Shown here: positions 9,031 to 17,305 of the stretch, in pieces
Layout: the number at the start of each line of letters is the position of its first letter
Position numbering within the stretch: the stretch's first letter is position 1
Assembly: GCA_963818175.1 (NCBI GenBank)
Contig: CAWFRK010000040.1
Span: 69,839 to 109,838 of the forward strand
DNA: 40,000 bases
Origin: an uncultured beta proteobacterium
Lineage (GTDB): Bacteria > Pseudomonadota > Gammaproteobacteria > Burkholderiales > Burkholderiaceae_C
Reading direction: 5' to 3'
Program-made: the position numbers and the translations under genes
Notes under the pieces: model-generated
The model's database searches: none
What the model was told of the DNA's origin: nothing
Seen by the model: only the letters and a program-made list of their open reading frames with translations

Positions 9031-9222
9031 TGAGCGCGAGGCAGATCGCATTGCCGGGTGGCGTATGTCCCATTGCTGTCGGTAAAGCGTCGCGCACAGC
9101 GTTCTGCACGCGGAGGGGGCGATCGGAGGCGGAACCAGACGGTCGCGCCCCGTTACTAAGTGGCCAGTGCCGGCACCAACGGGCCGGGCTCATCGCTCCC
9201 TTCTTCCCGCGGAGATCCTCAC

Positions 9223-10555
9223 ATGGATAGCAAATTGAATCTCGGGCCACCCACTGCAAAGGGTGTGCAGAATACCGCCGCTAAAAATGGAGAAACGGCC
9301 GGCCCAACCCTCGCTCGATCAGGAAATCACCATTTCCCTGCCCGAGGTGCCCATCATTGCTGCAGCCAACGCCAATGATTTCACGCATTTCGTGCCTTCC
9401 GATTTACAGAAAGGAGGATTGGCCGAGACTCTGAAAAAAATGAGCGTTCGACCCGACGGCGTCATAGTCGGAACGCCGGCCGCCTGCGAAGAAATCATGA
9501 CAACTCTCATCAAAGACACCAGTGCTGGGTTCATGCTTGTCATCTGTTCGCCAAATGCCAACCGGGGTCACGCAGGCATCTTGCCAGCTTGGATTGCTTC
9601 ATCGTGCTCTGCCAAAACGTGCCTCTTCGAGAGTCGAAATGAGTTCTCCTTTGCGTTGCGCAGGATGGCCGTGAACCAGCTCACGAAGCGCAAGGATCCT
9701 GCTTTCCTCCAGACGTTGTTGAACCGCTGCCCCCGATGGGCATTGCCTTATGTCCTGGAAGGTCTGGCCAAGCGAAAAGACCTGCTCGAAACCGTGCTTC
9801 GCAGTAGTAAGGACCTCGCTGATGCATTGACCATCGCGGTGCATTCTGTGTTTGTCGACACCGAGCCCACCCGGGAATTGAAGGAGTTGTTGATTCAGCT
9901 CATCGCTGAGGAACCCCAGCAAATCATCGGCGTTCAAGGCACCAAGCTGAACGAAGTTTCGGCGCTAATTGCGGCGATCCAGAAGGAAGGCGATGCCGAC
10001 GATCTGATAGATAGGCAGAAGAAACTCGATGTAGAGTTGAGGCAAGGTTTAGCATCCGAGCATGAGTGTGTTATCACCATGATGGGAACGAAAGACGGCT
10101 TTGAGATTCTCCTGAGCACCCCTGATCCTGAAGTTCCCGCCTCCCTCTTCGATGATGTGTTGCTGCTGATTGCAGTAAATGCCGCCCGCGAAGCGACGTT
10201 GCCAGTCGCGCGAGAACTACTCCGCGCTGTGAAATCCCTGGATCCATTGAACGATCCAAGGTTCAAATCGCCGGCAGGGCAGTTCGTCTTGGGCGTTCTG
10301 AAGTTGCAAGCAGGCGTGGAACGCACCAGTAGAGTCCTCATTCGCGCCCACCAAGAATTCCTCGCTGCAAGCATAAAGAACTCACGCAAGCCAGACCCAA
10401 AAGATGCACACGCCTGCGAGCTTGCGGCTGAGTTACAGGCTGAAGCGGCAGTGTTCGATAAGGTTGTCAAGATCCTTGATGCTCATGAATTCCAGGTCGT
10501 GGGGTTTACCGTTCTGCCATTTTCCATGGAATGGACCCGGAGTTTGGACAGCTAA
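9223..10555 (+). CDS. Hypothetical helical protein in the low-GC island (start uncertain: 9223 with a frame change, or 9263/9287)
   Basis: ORF 9263..10555 (430 aa). An upstream ATG at 9223 behind ggag is in another frame (MDSKLNLGPPTAKGVQNTAAKNGE). I recognise no motif. Confidence 0.45.
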
Positions 10556-10914
10556 TTAATCGAAGGCTGGAAACCATTCTCAACCAGATGGAGGGTGTCA
10601 CAGACGTAGAGGAAAAGGCCAAGCCGTATTTGCTCAATAAAGACAAGGTGGCTACGGCTGTCGTGCATGGGGCCATCCTGAACACGCAATCCAAGGATCA
10701 CTTGCGCAAGACGCTGGCTTGGATTGCGCGATACGCCGGCGACATCGCTCTTTACAACGCCGTCTTGCGGGTTTTGCGGAATGATAAAAAATTACTGGAG
10801 CACCCAACGGCTATTTATTGTTGCATGGAGTTTCTGTGTGCAAAATTGCCCAACCGTATTTCCCAGCTTGGTTCTAAACTGACCGGGCAAGCGCTGATCA
10901 AGTTGGTCTACTGA
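10531..10914 (+). CDS. Hypothetical protein in the low-GC island (may be a continuation of the previous ORF)
   Basis: ORF of 127 aa that overlaps the previous ORF by 25 nt in another frame. Confidence 0.35.
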   Translation: MDPEFGQLINRRLETILNQMEGVTDVEEKAKPYLLNKDKVATAVVHGAILNTQSKDHLRKTLAWIARYAGDIALYNAVLRVLRNDKKLLEHPTAIYCCMEFLCAKLPNRISQLGSKLTGQALIKLVY

Positions 10915-11072
10915 GGAGCATCTCCAGCATCTCCTACTCAACGCCAATTCCAAACGCGCTCTGGAGCCAAGCACAAAATCGTGGCTGCGGTGTTGCTCAA
11001 CGCTGGCGTGTGGGCCGGTGAGCGAAAACCGCTTCATCAGGTAACTGATGAGGAGGTGTATTTTAGGAGGAG

Positions 11073-11423
11073 GTGTTGGAACTGGCCATTGCTGAGCGCG
11101 CACCGACCGAGCGGTATTCCAGCGCCGGCATTGAATGCTTCGAATTCGCCTTGAAGGTGTTGGGAAAATCAAAACAGCCGGTGCAGGCGTTGATGTGGAT
11201 ACTTGCTAAAATTTCGCCAGACCACTTCAAGGATATCCACGATCTCGGCGGATTTCAGCCGGCGATCGATCTGATCGTGGCCTGCATGGGAGAAGAAAAG
11301 GCGATAGAAGGTGTTTGCAAGAATTTTCTTCTGGGTTCAATACGGCGCTACTCTGATCTGTCTCTGTCTCGCACTGCCTGTAGCTGTCGACTTGAAGGCC
11401 GAAAGCGACGTGGATGCTTTTGA
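11073..11423 (+). CDS. Hypothetical protein in the low-GC island
   Basis: ORF of 116 aa preceded by two SD-like gaggagg/aggagg motifs (11051-11072). Confidence 0.35.
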   Translation: MLELAIAERAPTERYSSAGIECFEFALKVLGKSKQPVQALMWILAKISPDHFKDIHDLGGFQPAIDLIVACMGEEKAIEGVCKNFLLGSIRRYSDLSLSRTACSCRLEGRKRRGCF

Positions 11424-11689
11424 TACCGAAATTGCTTAACACCATGAGCATACGCAACGAACACGGCGACGCGGCGCCCTATCGGCCGTTGGGCGAGCTC
11501 ATCTATTTCCTGCTGGCGAACAGTACAAGAGAGTTGAGGGAATGCATGTGGGGTCAATTGAGAAACACCGCCTACACGGGCCTCGTGGCGGCATTGGGGG
11601 CAGCCAAGAGAGCCGGTAACCAAGAAATCATGAGTGAACTGAATGAGCAGCTCCCGATATTGCAGCCAAACGTGCATAGCCCGCTCTGA
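11414..11689 (+). CDS. Hypothetical protein in the low-GC island
   Basis: ORF of 91 aa that overlaps the previous ORF by 10 nt in another frame. Confidence 0.3.
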   Translation: MLLIPKLLNTMSIRNEHGDAAPYRPLGELIYFLLANSTRELRECMWGQLRNTAYTGLVAALGAAKRAGNQEIMSELNEQLPILQPNVHSPL

Positions 11690-11699
11690 GGGAGGCGGT

Positions 11700-12215
11700 A
11701 TGGAACCGAGAGATTTGCGACATCTGGCAGACACCTACCGTGACGCAGCCGGACTGCCACCTTGCGGCCTGGAGCCGGCGGACTTCCTGGTCCTGCCTTT
11801 GGCGGACGTGCGCCAGATGGGCGTTCAATGGCAGCTTGGTGAAGCGCTGTTGTTTGCCAATGTTGGCCCGGCTACGCGTCGCGTCGGGTCTGGTTCGGCC
11901 GTCGGGCGCGACGATGAGGACGATGACGAAGACGACGAAGATGTCGTCCAGTCGGAGAACATCGTGAACCTCGGCAGCGACGAGCACGGTCGCTGGAGCC
12001 TGCACATCAATGCCGCCACGGGCCTGCCCACGCTGTGCCTGCACGCGCCGCTGCAAACCCTTGGGCCCACCGAGTTCGCGGCCGCAGTCGAGTCGTTTCG
12101 CAAGCGCGTCCCGATCTGGGTCATGGCCTTGGACGAGCCGCCGATCGGCGCCGAAGGAGAAAGCACCTCCACCTCGGCCCTCGCGCCCGGATTTGAACTG
12201 TTCAGTCGCGCCTGA
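11700..12215 (+). CDS. Acidic protein resembling a type III secretion (CesT/Tir-class) chaperone, with an internal poly-Asp/Glu insert
   Basis: ATG 11700 lies behind gagggagg. The layout LADTYRDAAGLPPCGLEPADFLVLPL..LLFANVG..GRWSLHINAATGLPTLCLHAPLQTLGPTEFAAAVESFRKRVPIW matches the usual pattern of T3SS chaperones; this is my pattern judgement, not a search result. Confidence 0.35.
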   Translation: MEPRDLRHLADTYRDAAGLPPCGLEPADFLVLPLADVRQMGVQWQLGEALLFANVGPATRRVGSGSAVGRDDEDDDEDDEDVVQSENIVNLGSDEHGRWSLHINAATGLPTLCLHAPLQTLGPTEFAAAVESFRKRVPIWVMALDEPPIGAEGESTSTSALAPGFELFSRA

Positions 12216-12253
12216 GACACGACGGCAATGCGCGCCCGAGGCGTTGGCGGTTC

Positions 12254-13213
12254 TCAGGCAAGGAGCGTCGCCGAGAAGGCCGTCGCCACCGTCAAGTCGG
12301 CGCTGGTGCCAGGGTTGATGCCGCGTGCCTTCAGCGCCTCATCCCAGGCGGCGAAGTCCGGCTCGGCATCGACCTCCACACCGTCGAGCGCGCGCTCCAG
12401 CCAGCCGCGCGCCTGCAGCATCACTTCGTGCGCCACGGCCGGGCCGTGCTTGCGCACGATGTGCGAATCGGGCCAGCGCGCCAGGTAGGTCAGGTAGGTT
12501 CGCTGCACCGCCGCGATCCGCAGGCGCTCCGGCTCAAGCGCGGCAGGCGTGCCGAAGACCGGCAGCCCCAGCTCGAACAGGTCGGCAAAGCCGTTGTCGT
12601 ACTGGCGCGCGATGCTGTCGCGATCGGCCGCCAGCGCCATGGCGCTGCGCAGGTCGAGGCTCGGGGGCTGGCGCACGTCTTCGTGCTCGACGTGTCCGAG
12701 GCCGCCGGGATGCGCGTGGGCGATCGCGCGAAAGGCCGCCCGCGCATCGTCGAGGTCGAGCGATTCCAGCACCGACACGAGCGCGAAGCGAAGCTGCGCC
12801 GCGCGGGCCGACAGTCCAGGGGCGATCGTCGCCGCCGGCGTCCTTTCGAGGGCCGACGCGATGGGAGCGCACAGCAGCAGGATGCCGAGATTGGTATTGC
12901 AGCCTGCGGCGGCGAGGCTCGCCTCGACGGCCGTCTCGATGCGCGCTCCCGTCGCCGCGCCGCGGGCGAACAGCGGTCCTGCCGCGGCGGCTGCGCTGCG
13001 CATGAAGCAGTCGGCATCCATGCCATGGCCGGGAGAGGCGTGGCTGACGTTGCCGGGCTTGCGCACGCTCACGTCGAGGCGGCAGGCTTCGAGGAAGGCC
13101 GCAGGACCGGGCGATACGCGAGCGATGCCGCGGCTGGCGTCGCGGTTGCTGCGGCCCGCGCTTCGCATGCTGCCGCGCGCGGCGACCCGGGCCATCATCA
13201 GTGGATGCCTCAT
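12254..13213 (-). CDS. Triphosphoribosyl-dephospho-CoA synthase family protein (CitG/MdcB-like, orf7-like)
   Basis: Motifs VRKPGNVS and GCNTNLGILLL are CitG-like; the start overlaps the upstream stop (ATGA). Confidence 0.75.
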   Translation of the reverse strand: MRHPLMMARVAARGSMRSAGRSNRDASRGIARVSPGPAAFLEACRLDVSVRKPGNVSHASPGHGMDADCFMRSAAAAAGPLFARGAATGARIETAVEASLAAAGCNTNLGILLLCAPIASALERTPAATIAPGLSARAAQLRFALVSVLESLDLDDARAAFRAIAHAHPGGLGHVEHEDVRQPPSLDLRSAMALAADRDSIARQYDNGFADLFELGLPVFGTPAALEPERLRIAAVQRTYLTYLARWPDSHIVRKHGPAVAHEVMLQARGWLERALDGVEVDAEPDFAAWDEALKARGINPGTSADLTVATAFSATLLA

Positions 13214-14151
13214 GCCCGTGACACCGCGCTGGACCTGGGCGCCGCGTGGGCCAGCTTGCGGTCGAGCAGGTCATCGACGATCGCACGGGCGATCGGAAGC
13301 CGCGTGACGCGCTGCAGGCCCTGCCATGCGGCCACGCCGTTGACTTCGAGCACCATCGCGCCGCCGGGCGCTCCAGCTGTGGGAATGAGGTCCACGCCGG
13401 CATAGTCCATGTCGAGGGCCTGCGCTGCGCGTTCGGCGAGCAGGGCGAGCTCGGGCGTCAGCTGCGCGGCTTCGCAGCGCGCGCCTTGCGCGACGTTGTG
13501 CACCCAGCCCTCACTTACCCGGCGCATGGCGGCGATGGCGCGGCCACCCACCACCAGCACGCGCCAGTCGAAGCCGGGGCGGGTGGCGGGCGGCACGAAG
13601 CGCTGGAGATAGGCCACCGATCCGAAGCCGTCCTCTATCGAAGGCAGCGGTCGGTGCTGCCCATCGACCAGGCCGAGCAGCAGCAAGCCCTGTCCCTGCG
13701 AGCCGAACAGGGGCTTCAGCACCACCGCATGGCCGGCGGCGCTTTCGCGCATCACGATGCGTTGCGCCTGCGCGGCCGATTCGGTGGCCCAGGTGGGTGG
13801 CGTCGGAATGCCCGCGGCATGCAGCAGCAGGCTGGTCATCGACTTGTCGACGCTGCGCTCGATGGCGCGGGCATCGTTGTAGACCGGCACGCCGTGTTCG
13901 CGCAGCGCATGCAGCACGCCGAGCCGCTTGGTCACCTGCTCGAAGCTGCCGCCGGCGATGCCGCGCACCAGCACCGCGTCGGGCAGCTCGCGGCCGAATC
14001 CGGGCAGCACCAGGCCGTGCCAGGCCCAGGTGGTGTCGATGCGGCAATCGGCGAGGTCGAGACAGCGGCCTTCGCAGCCGCGCTCGCGCAAGGCCTGGCG
14101 CAGCTGGCGGGTGTGCCAGCCGACCTCGTCGGTCATGATCGCGACCTTCAT
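13210..14151 (-). CDS. mptN: RimK-type ATP-grasp ligase, probably tetrahydromethanopterin:alpha-L-glutamate ligase
   Basis: Starts MKVAIMTDEVGWHTRQL. Motifs VLKPLFGSQGQG and VLEVNGV are RimK-like. ATG 14151 overlaps the mch stop. Confidence 0.7.
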   Translation of the reverse strand: MKVAIMTDEVGWHTRQLRQALRERGCEGRCLDLADCRIDTTWAWHGLVLPGFGRELPDAVLVRGIAGGSFEQVTKRLGVLHALREHGVPVYNDARAIERSVDKSMTSLLLHAAGIPTPPTWATESAAQAQRIVMRESAAGHAVVLKPLFGSQGQGLLLLGLVDGQHRPLPSIEDGFGSVAYLQRFVPPATRPGFDWRVLVVGGRAIAAMRRVSEGWVHNVAQGARCEAAQLTPELALLAERAAQALDMDYAGVDLIPTAGAPGGAMVLEVNGVAAWQGLQRVTRLPIARAIVDDLLDRKLAHAAPRSSAVSRA

Positions 14152-15185
14152 GACGGCAGCCACGACTGCAGCAGCAAGGGCATGTTCAATCGCCCTCCAT
14201 GCCAGGTCTTTCCGCTGTCGAGATGACTCACCCACACCTCGGCCGGCGCGAACAGGGCGGGATCGATCTTGTAGAAATCGAACGCGTATTGCCGGAAGGT
14301 CTCCGCGAAGCCGCGCCCGTAGTCGCTCGAGTTCAGCGAGGGCAGGCGCTCGGCCAGCGCTCGGGCGGCCTCCTCGCTGCCGCGCACGCCCAGGTGGACC
14401 CTGCCGCCGTAGAGGATCGCGTCGTTGCTGCGTCCCATCGCCTCGACCATGTCGCCGGCAGGCACGGGCAGCGGGGCGGTGGCACTGCCCTCGACGATGT
14501 CGGCGAGCGCAAAGCCGATCGCGTGCGCCTTGTGCAGCGCCACTTCGAGCACGCGAGCCACGACCTGCGTGATGCCGGCAAGGCTCGTCGTCGGCGTCAG
14601 GATGATGGTGAGCCCCTCGGGAGCGAGACCGCAGTCGCGCAGCAGCTTCTCCACCACCACGGCAGGCGGCGGGCGATCGACCTCGAGCACGATGCAGCCG
14701 CTGGTGGCGCTGTCACGGTAGCCCAGCTCGGCGAACAGGTCTTCCTTGCAGGCGAGCGCGCGCGCCGGGCCGGAACCGAGCGAGAAGAACTTCTTGCCGC
14801 CGGCTTCCTCCTTGCTCGCGGAAAGGCTCCAGCCGGCGTACTGGCTCGCGAGGCAGGCCAGCACGGGTTGCGAGCTGCTGACCTGCAGCCAGGTCGGCCA
14901 CTCGTGGCCCACGGGCGCGTGCAGCCGCACGCTGCCAAGCCCGCCCATGCAGACCTCGGCCACCGCCAGCCCGGCGGCGACGCTGCCGGGCGATTGGATG
15001 CCCGCGTCGATCATGCGCACTCCGCTCGCATCCTGTTGCACCCCGATGCGCAGCCGATGGGCTTCTTCCACCATTCGATGCACCAGTGGCGCGGCCAGCT
15101 CGTTGACGCTCAGCGCCCGGGCGCCGGCGAGCCGGTCAACCAGGGACTGCCCTTCAGCCGGCGGTGACGGCGGCAGCTCGCTCAT
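14148..15185 (-). CDS. mch: Methenyltetrahydromethanopterin cyclohydrolase
   Basis: 345 aa from MSELPPSPP at 15185. The regions ..SVNELAAPLV..MIDAGI..QYAGWSL..FFSLGSGPARA are Mch-like. Confidence 0.85.
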   Translation of the reverse strand: MSELPPSPPAEGQSLVDRLAGARALSVNELAAPLVHRMVEEAHRLRIGVQQDASGVRMIDAGIQSPGSVAAGLAVAEVCMGGLGSVRLHAPVGHEWPTWLQVSSSQPVLACLASQYAGWSLSASKEEAGGKKFFSLGSGPARALACKEDLFAELGYRDSATSGCIVLEVDRPPPAVVVEKLLRDCGLAPEGLTIILTPTTSLAGITQVVARVLEVALHKAHAIGFALADIVEGSATAPLPVPAGDMVEAMGRSNDAILYGGRVHLGVRGSEEAARALAERLPSLNSSDYGRGFAETFRQYAFDFYKIDPALFAPAEVWVSHLDSGKTWHGGRLNMPLLLQSWLPS

Positions 15186-16348
15186 CGAGACGTACTCTCC
15201 AGCATCTGGTGCACGGCCAGGCGGCGCCGCTCGAGGCGCTCGCGAACCTCGTGCGCATCGCGGCCCTGGGCTGCGACGCTGCAGACCGGATCGCCCGCCG
15301 CGAAGACGGCGCCGGCTGCGGGCAGATCGTGCACGTCGCGCTGGCAGGCGAGCCAGGCCGCCGCCTCGGCGGATGCGCAAAGCGGCAGGGGTGCGAACAC
15401 GATCTCGCTGCCCTGCAGCATCCTCGCCGGCGCGGACAGGCGCGGCGGAGGCAGCACGAGCTGCGTGCAAGCCAGCACATGCGAACGCATCACGTGGTGG
15501 TCGCCGTACAGCGCCATGCTGGCAGACGGGCGCGGGTTCAGCTCCAGCACCGAAACACAGGGCCCGTCCTGCAGGAAGTCAAGGCTGCCCAAGCCCTTGA
15601 GCCCGAACTCCGAGACCACGGCATCGAGCAGGCGACCCAGCGCCGAGGCGATCGCAGGAGCCACGGGCACCGGGCCGATCGCGCCGCAATACACATGGGG
15701 ATGACGGCCGAAGGCCCGCACGACCAGCTCGTTGAAGCCGAACACATGGGCTCGCTGACCATTGCCCACGAAAAGCGCGGACATGGGCTTGCCGGGGGAC
15801 TCGCGCTGGAAATACACGCTCGCCCTGTCGGCGGCCCGCTGCGCGACGCCGTGCGCGTCCATCGGGATGTCCCCGGCGTGACGAATGTGCCAGCCGCCCG
15901 CACGGTCGGCGCGCTTCTGCAGCCACCCGGCGGGATCGTCCGGTGCCTGCCAGCACACCTGCGGATGCGCGACACCATGCGCGTCCAGCCAGGCAAAGAA
16001 GCTGCGCGGATCACGCACGCGCCGCACCTCGTCGGCCGGGGTGCCGATGAGCGGCATGCGACGCGCCCCTTCCTCGAGCCATTGCGGCTCGGCCTCGAAG
16101 CCGCTGCCGGCGACCCAGCCGAGCACATCGCCGCGGCGTGCCAGCCGATCGAGGGCAGCCAGCAGCATGTCGCCGTCGATGCGCAACTCGCGGGCACTGC
16201 CGATCGATTGCCAATGCAGCGCCCGGCTGCGCGTGTCCAGGTCTCCGAACACGTCCAGCGCCAGGGGCAGGTAGCCGTCGCGCCCGGCCGCCTCGACCAG
16301 CATGCGTGCCGAAAGGGCGGCCAGCGCGAGCGGCTTCATCGCGATCAC
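15182..16348 (-). CDS. ATP-grasp protein of the H4MPT cluster (orf5-like)
   Basis: ORF of 388 aa. GTG 16348 overlaps the mtdB stop (GTGA); an alternative ATG is at 16339. It has the ATP-grasp-like motif LDFLQDG..VLELNPRPS. Confidence 0.65.
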   Translation of the reverse strand: MIAMKPLALAALSARMLVEAAGRDGYLPLALDVFGDLDTRSRALHWQSIGSARELRIDGDMLLAALDRLARRGDVLGWVAGSGFEAEPQWLEEGARRMPLIGTPADEVRRVRDPRSFFAWLDAHGVAHPQVCWQAPDDPAGWLQKRADRAGGWHIRHAGDIPMDAHGVAQRAADRASVYFQRESPGKPMSALFVGNGQRAHVFGFNELVVRAFGRHPHVYCGAIGPVPVAPAIASALGRLLDAVVSEFGLKGLGSLDFLQDGPCVSVLELNPRPSASMALYGDHHVMRSHVLACTQLVLPPPRLSAPARMLQGSEIVFAPLPLCASAEAAAWLACQRDVHDLPAAGAVFAAGDPVCSVAAQGRDAHEVRERLERRRLAVHQMLESTSR

Positions 16349-17256
16349 TTCGCCTCGGGTTCGGCGAGCAGTTCCCCCGCCAGCTCGAAGGCCTCGGGAA
16401 AGCTCAGCACCACCGGCTTCTCCGCCGTGCGCATGCGCTCCAGGAGCTTGTGCTGCACCTGGTACTTGAGGTTGCCGATCGCAAGCGCGCCGATGCTCAC
16501 GGCCTTGGAGCCGGAAAGCGGCTTGCCGCTGTCCATCACGCCCACCTCCTCGATCCCGGCCGGCGGCACGGCATTCACGTCCGCCACGACCAGCAGCTTG
16601 GGCGCTGCAGCGCGCTCGGCGGCACTCAGCACCTGCGCGCCGGCCGCCGCAGTGGCGAGCACGACCTGCGCGTCGGCCAGTGCCGTGCGCAGGTCTTCGG
16701 AGTTGCGAGTCGACACGCCCGAAAGCGTGCTGCCGAAACGCCGGTTCACCTCATCGGCCGCGGCCTGGGCCGCATCGCGTCCGCGGTGGCTCGCGAGCCG
16801 CACCTTGGCGCCCGCGCCGTCGGCCAGCACGCCGGCGATGCGCCCGACCGCGCCGGTGCCGCCGAGGATCAGCACCTGCAGCCCGGGAAGGTCCTGGCCA
16901 TGCGCCTTGCGCAGCTGCGACCGGACCATCGCCACCAGTGCCGCCGCCGTGGTGTAGGAGCCGCTCGGGTCGGCGAACAGCGAGACCACGAAGGGCGGCA
17001 CCATGGCCTTGCGTGCGGCATCGAGCATGTCGGCGGCCTGCTGCACGTCGCGCCCGCCGATGAAGATGCCAGTGCGCGCCGCTCCCTTGGGACCGCGCGA
17101 GAAGATCGCGTCCTGGGTGAGCCCGGCGACCGCCTTCGTCTCGACCTGGCAATAGGGCACGAGCACCTGGTAGCCGGCGTCGGCCGCCATGTTGACGTCG
17201 AAGGGGCTCACCTGCGGAGTGGGGGTGAACATGTGCAGGATGTAGGGGCGTTCCAT
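16345..17256 (-). CDS. mtdB: NAD(P)-dependent methylene-tetrahydromethanopterin dehydrogenase
   Basis: MERPYILHMFTPTPQVSPFDVNMAADAGY..TGIFIGGRD..VADVNAVPPAGIE closely follows my recollection of MtdB. Confidence 0.85.
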   Translation of the reverse strand: MERPYILHMFTPTPQVSPFDVNMAADAGYQVLVPYCQVETKAVAGLTQDAIFSRGPKGAARTGIFIGGRDVQQAADMLDAARKAMVPPFVVSLFADPSGSYTTAAALVAMVRSQLRKAHGQDLPGLQVLILGGTGAVGRIAGVLADGAGAKVRLASHRGRDAAQAAADEVNRRFGSTLSGVSTRNSEDLRTALADAQVVLATAAAGAQVLSAAERAAAPKLLVVADVNAVPPAGIEEVGVMDSGKPLSGSKAVSIGALAIGNLKYQVQHKLLERMRTAEKPVVLSFPEAFELAGELLAEPEAK

Positions 17257-17305
17257 GGCTCGTGGCTCGCTGGAGGATGGCAGGAAAGGGGATGCGGCGG
17301 CGCTT

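Noticed and set aside
8966-9259. ORF 8966..9259 (-) as a possible hipB-like antitoxin upstream of the hipA-like gene.
   Set aside because: It has no HTH-like sequence or RBS, overlaps both palindromic sites, and is opposed by another equally weak ORF (9009..9230+).
11909-11943. GA-rich stretch gacgatgaggacgatgacgaagacgacgaagat as a microsatellite or slippage tract.
   Set aside because: It is an imperfect mix of GAC/GAT/GAG/GAA codons that encodes an in-frame Asp/Glu run, so it is not a pure nucleotide repeat.
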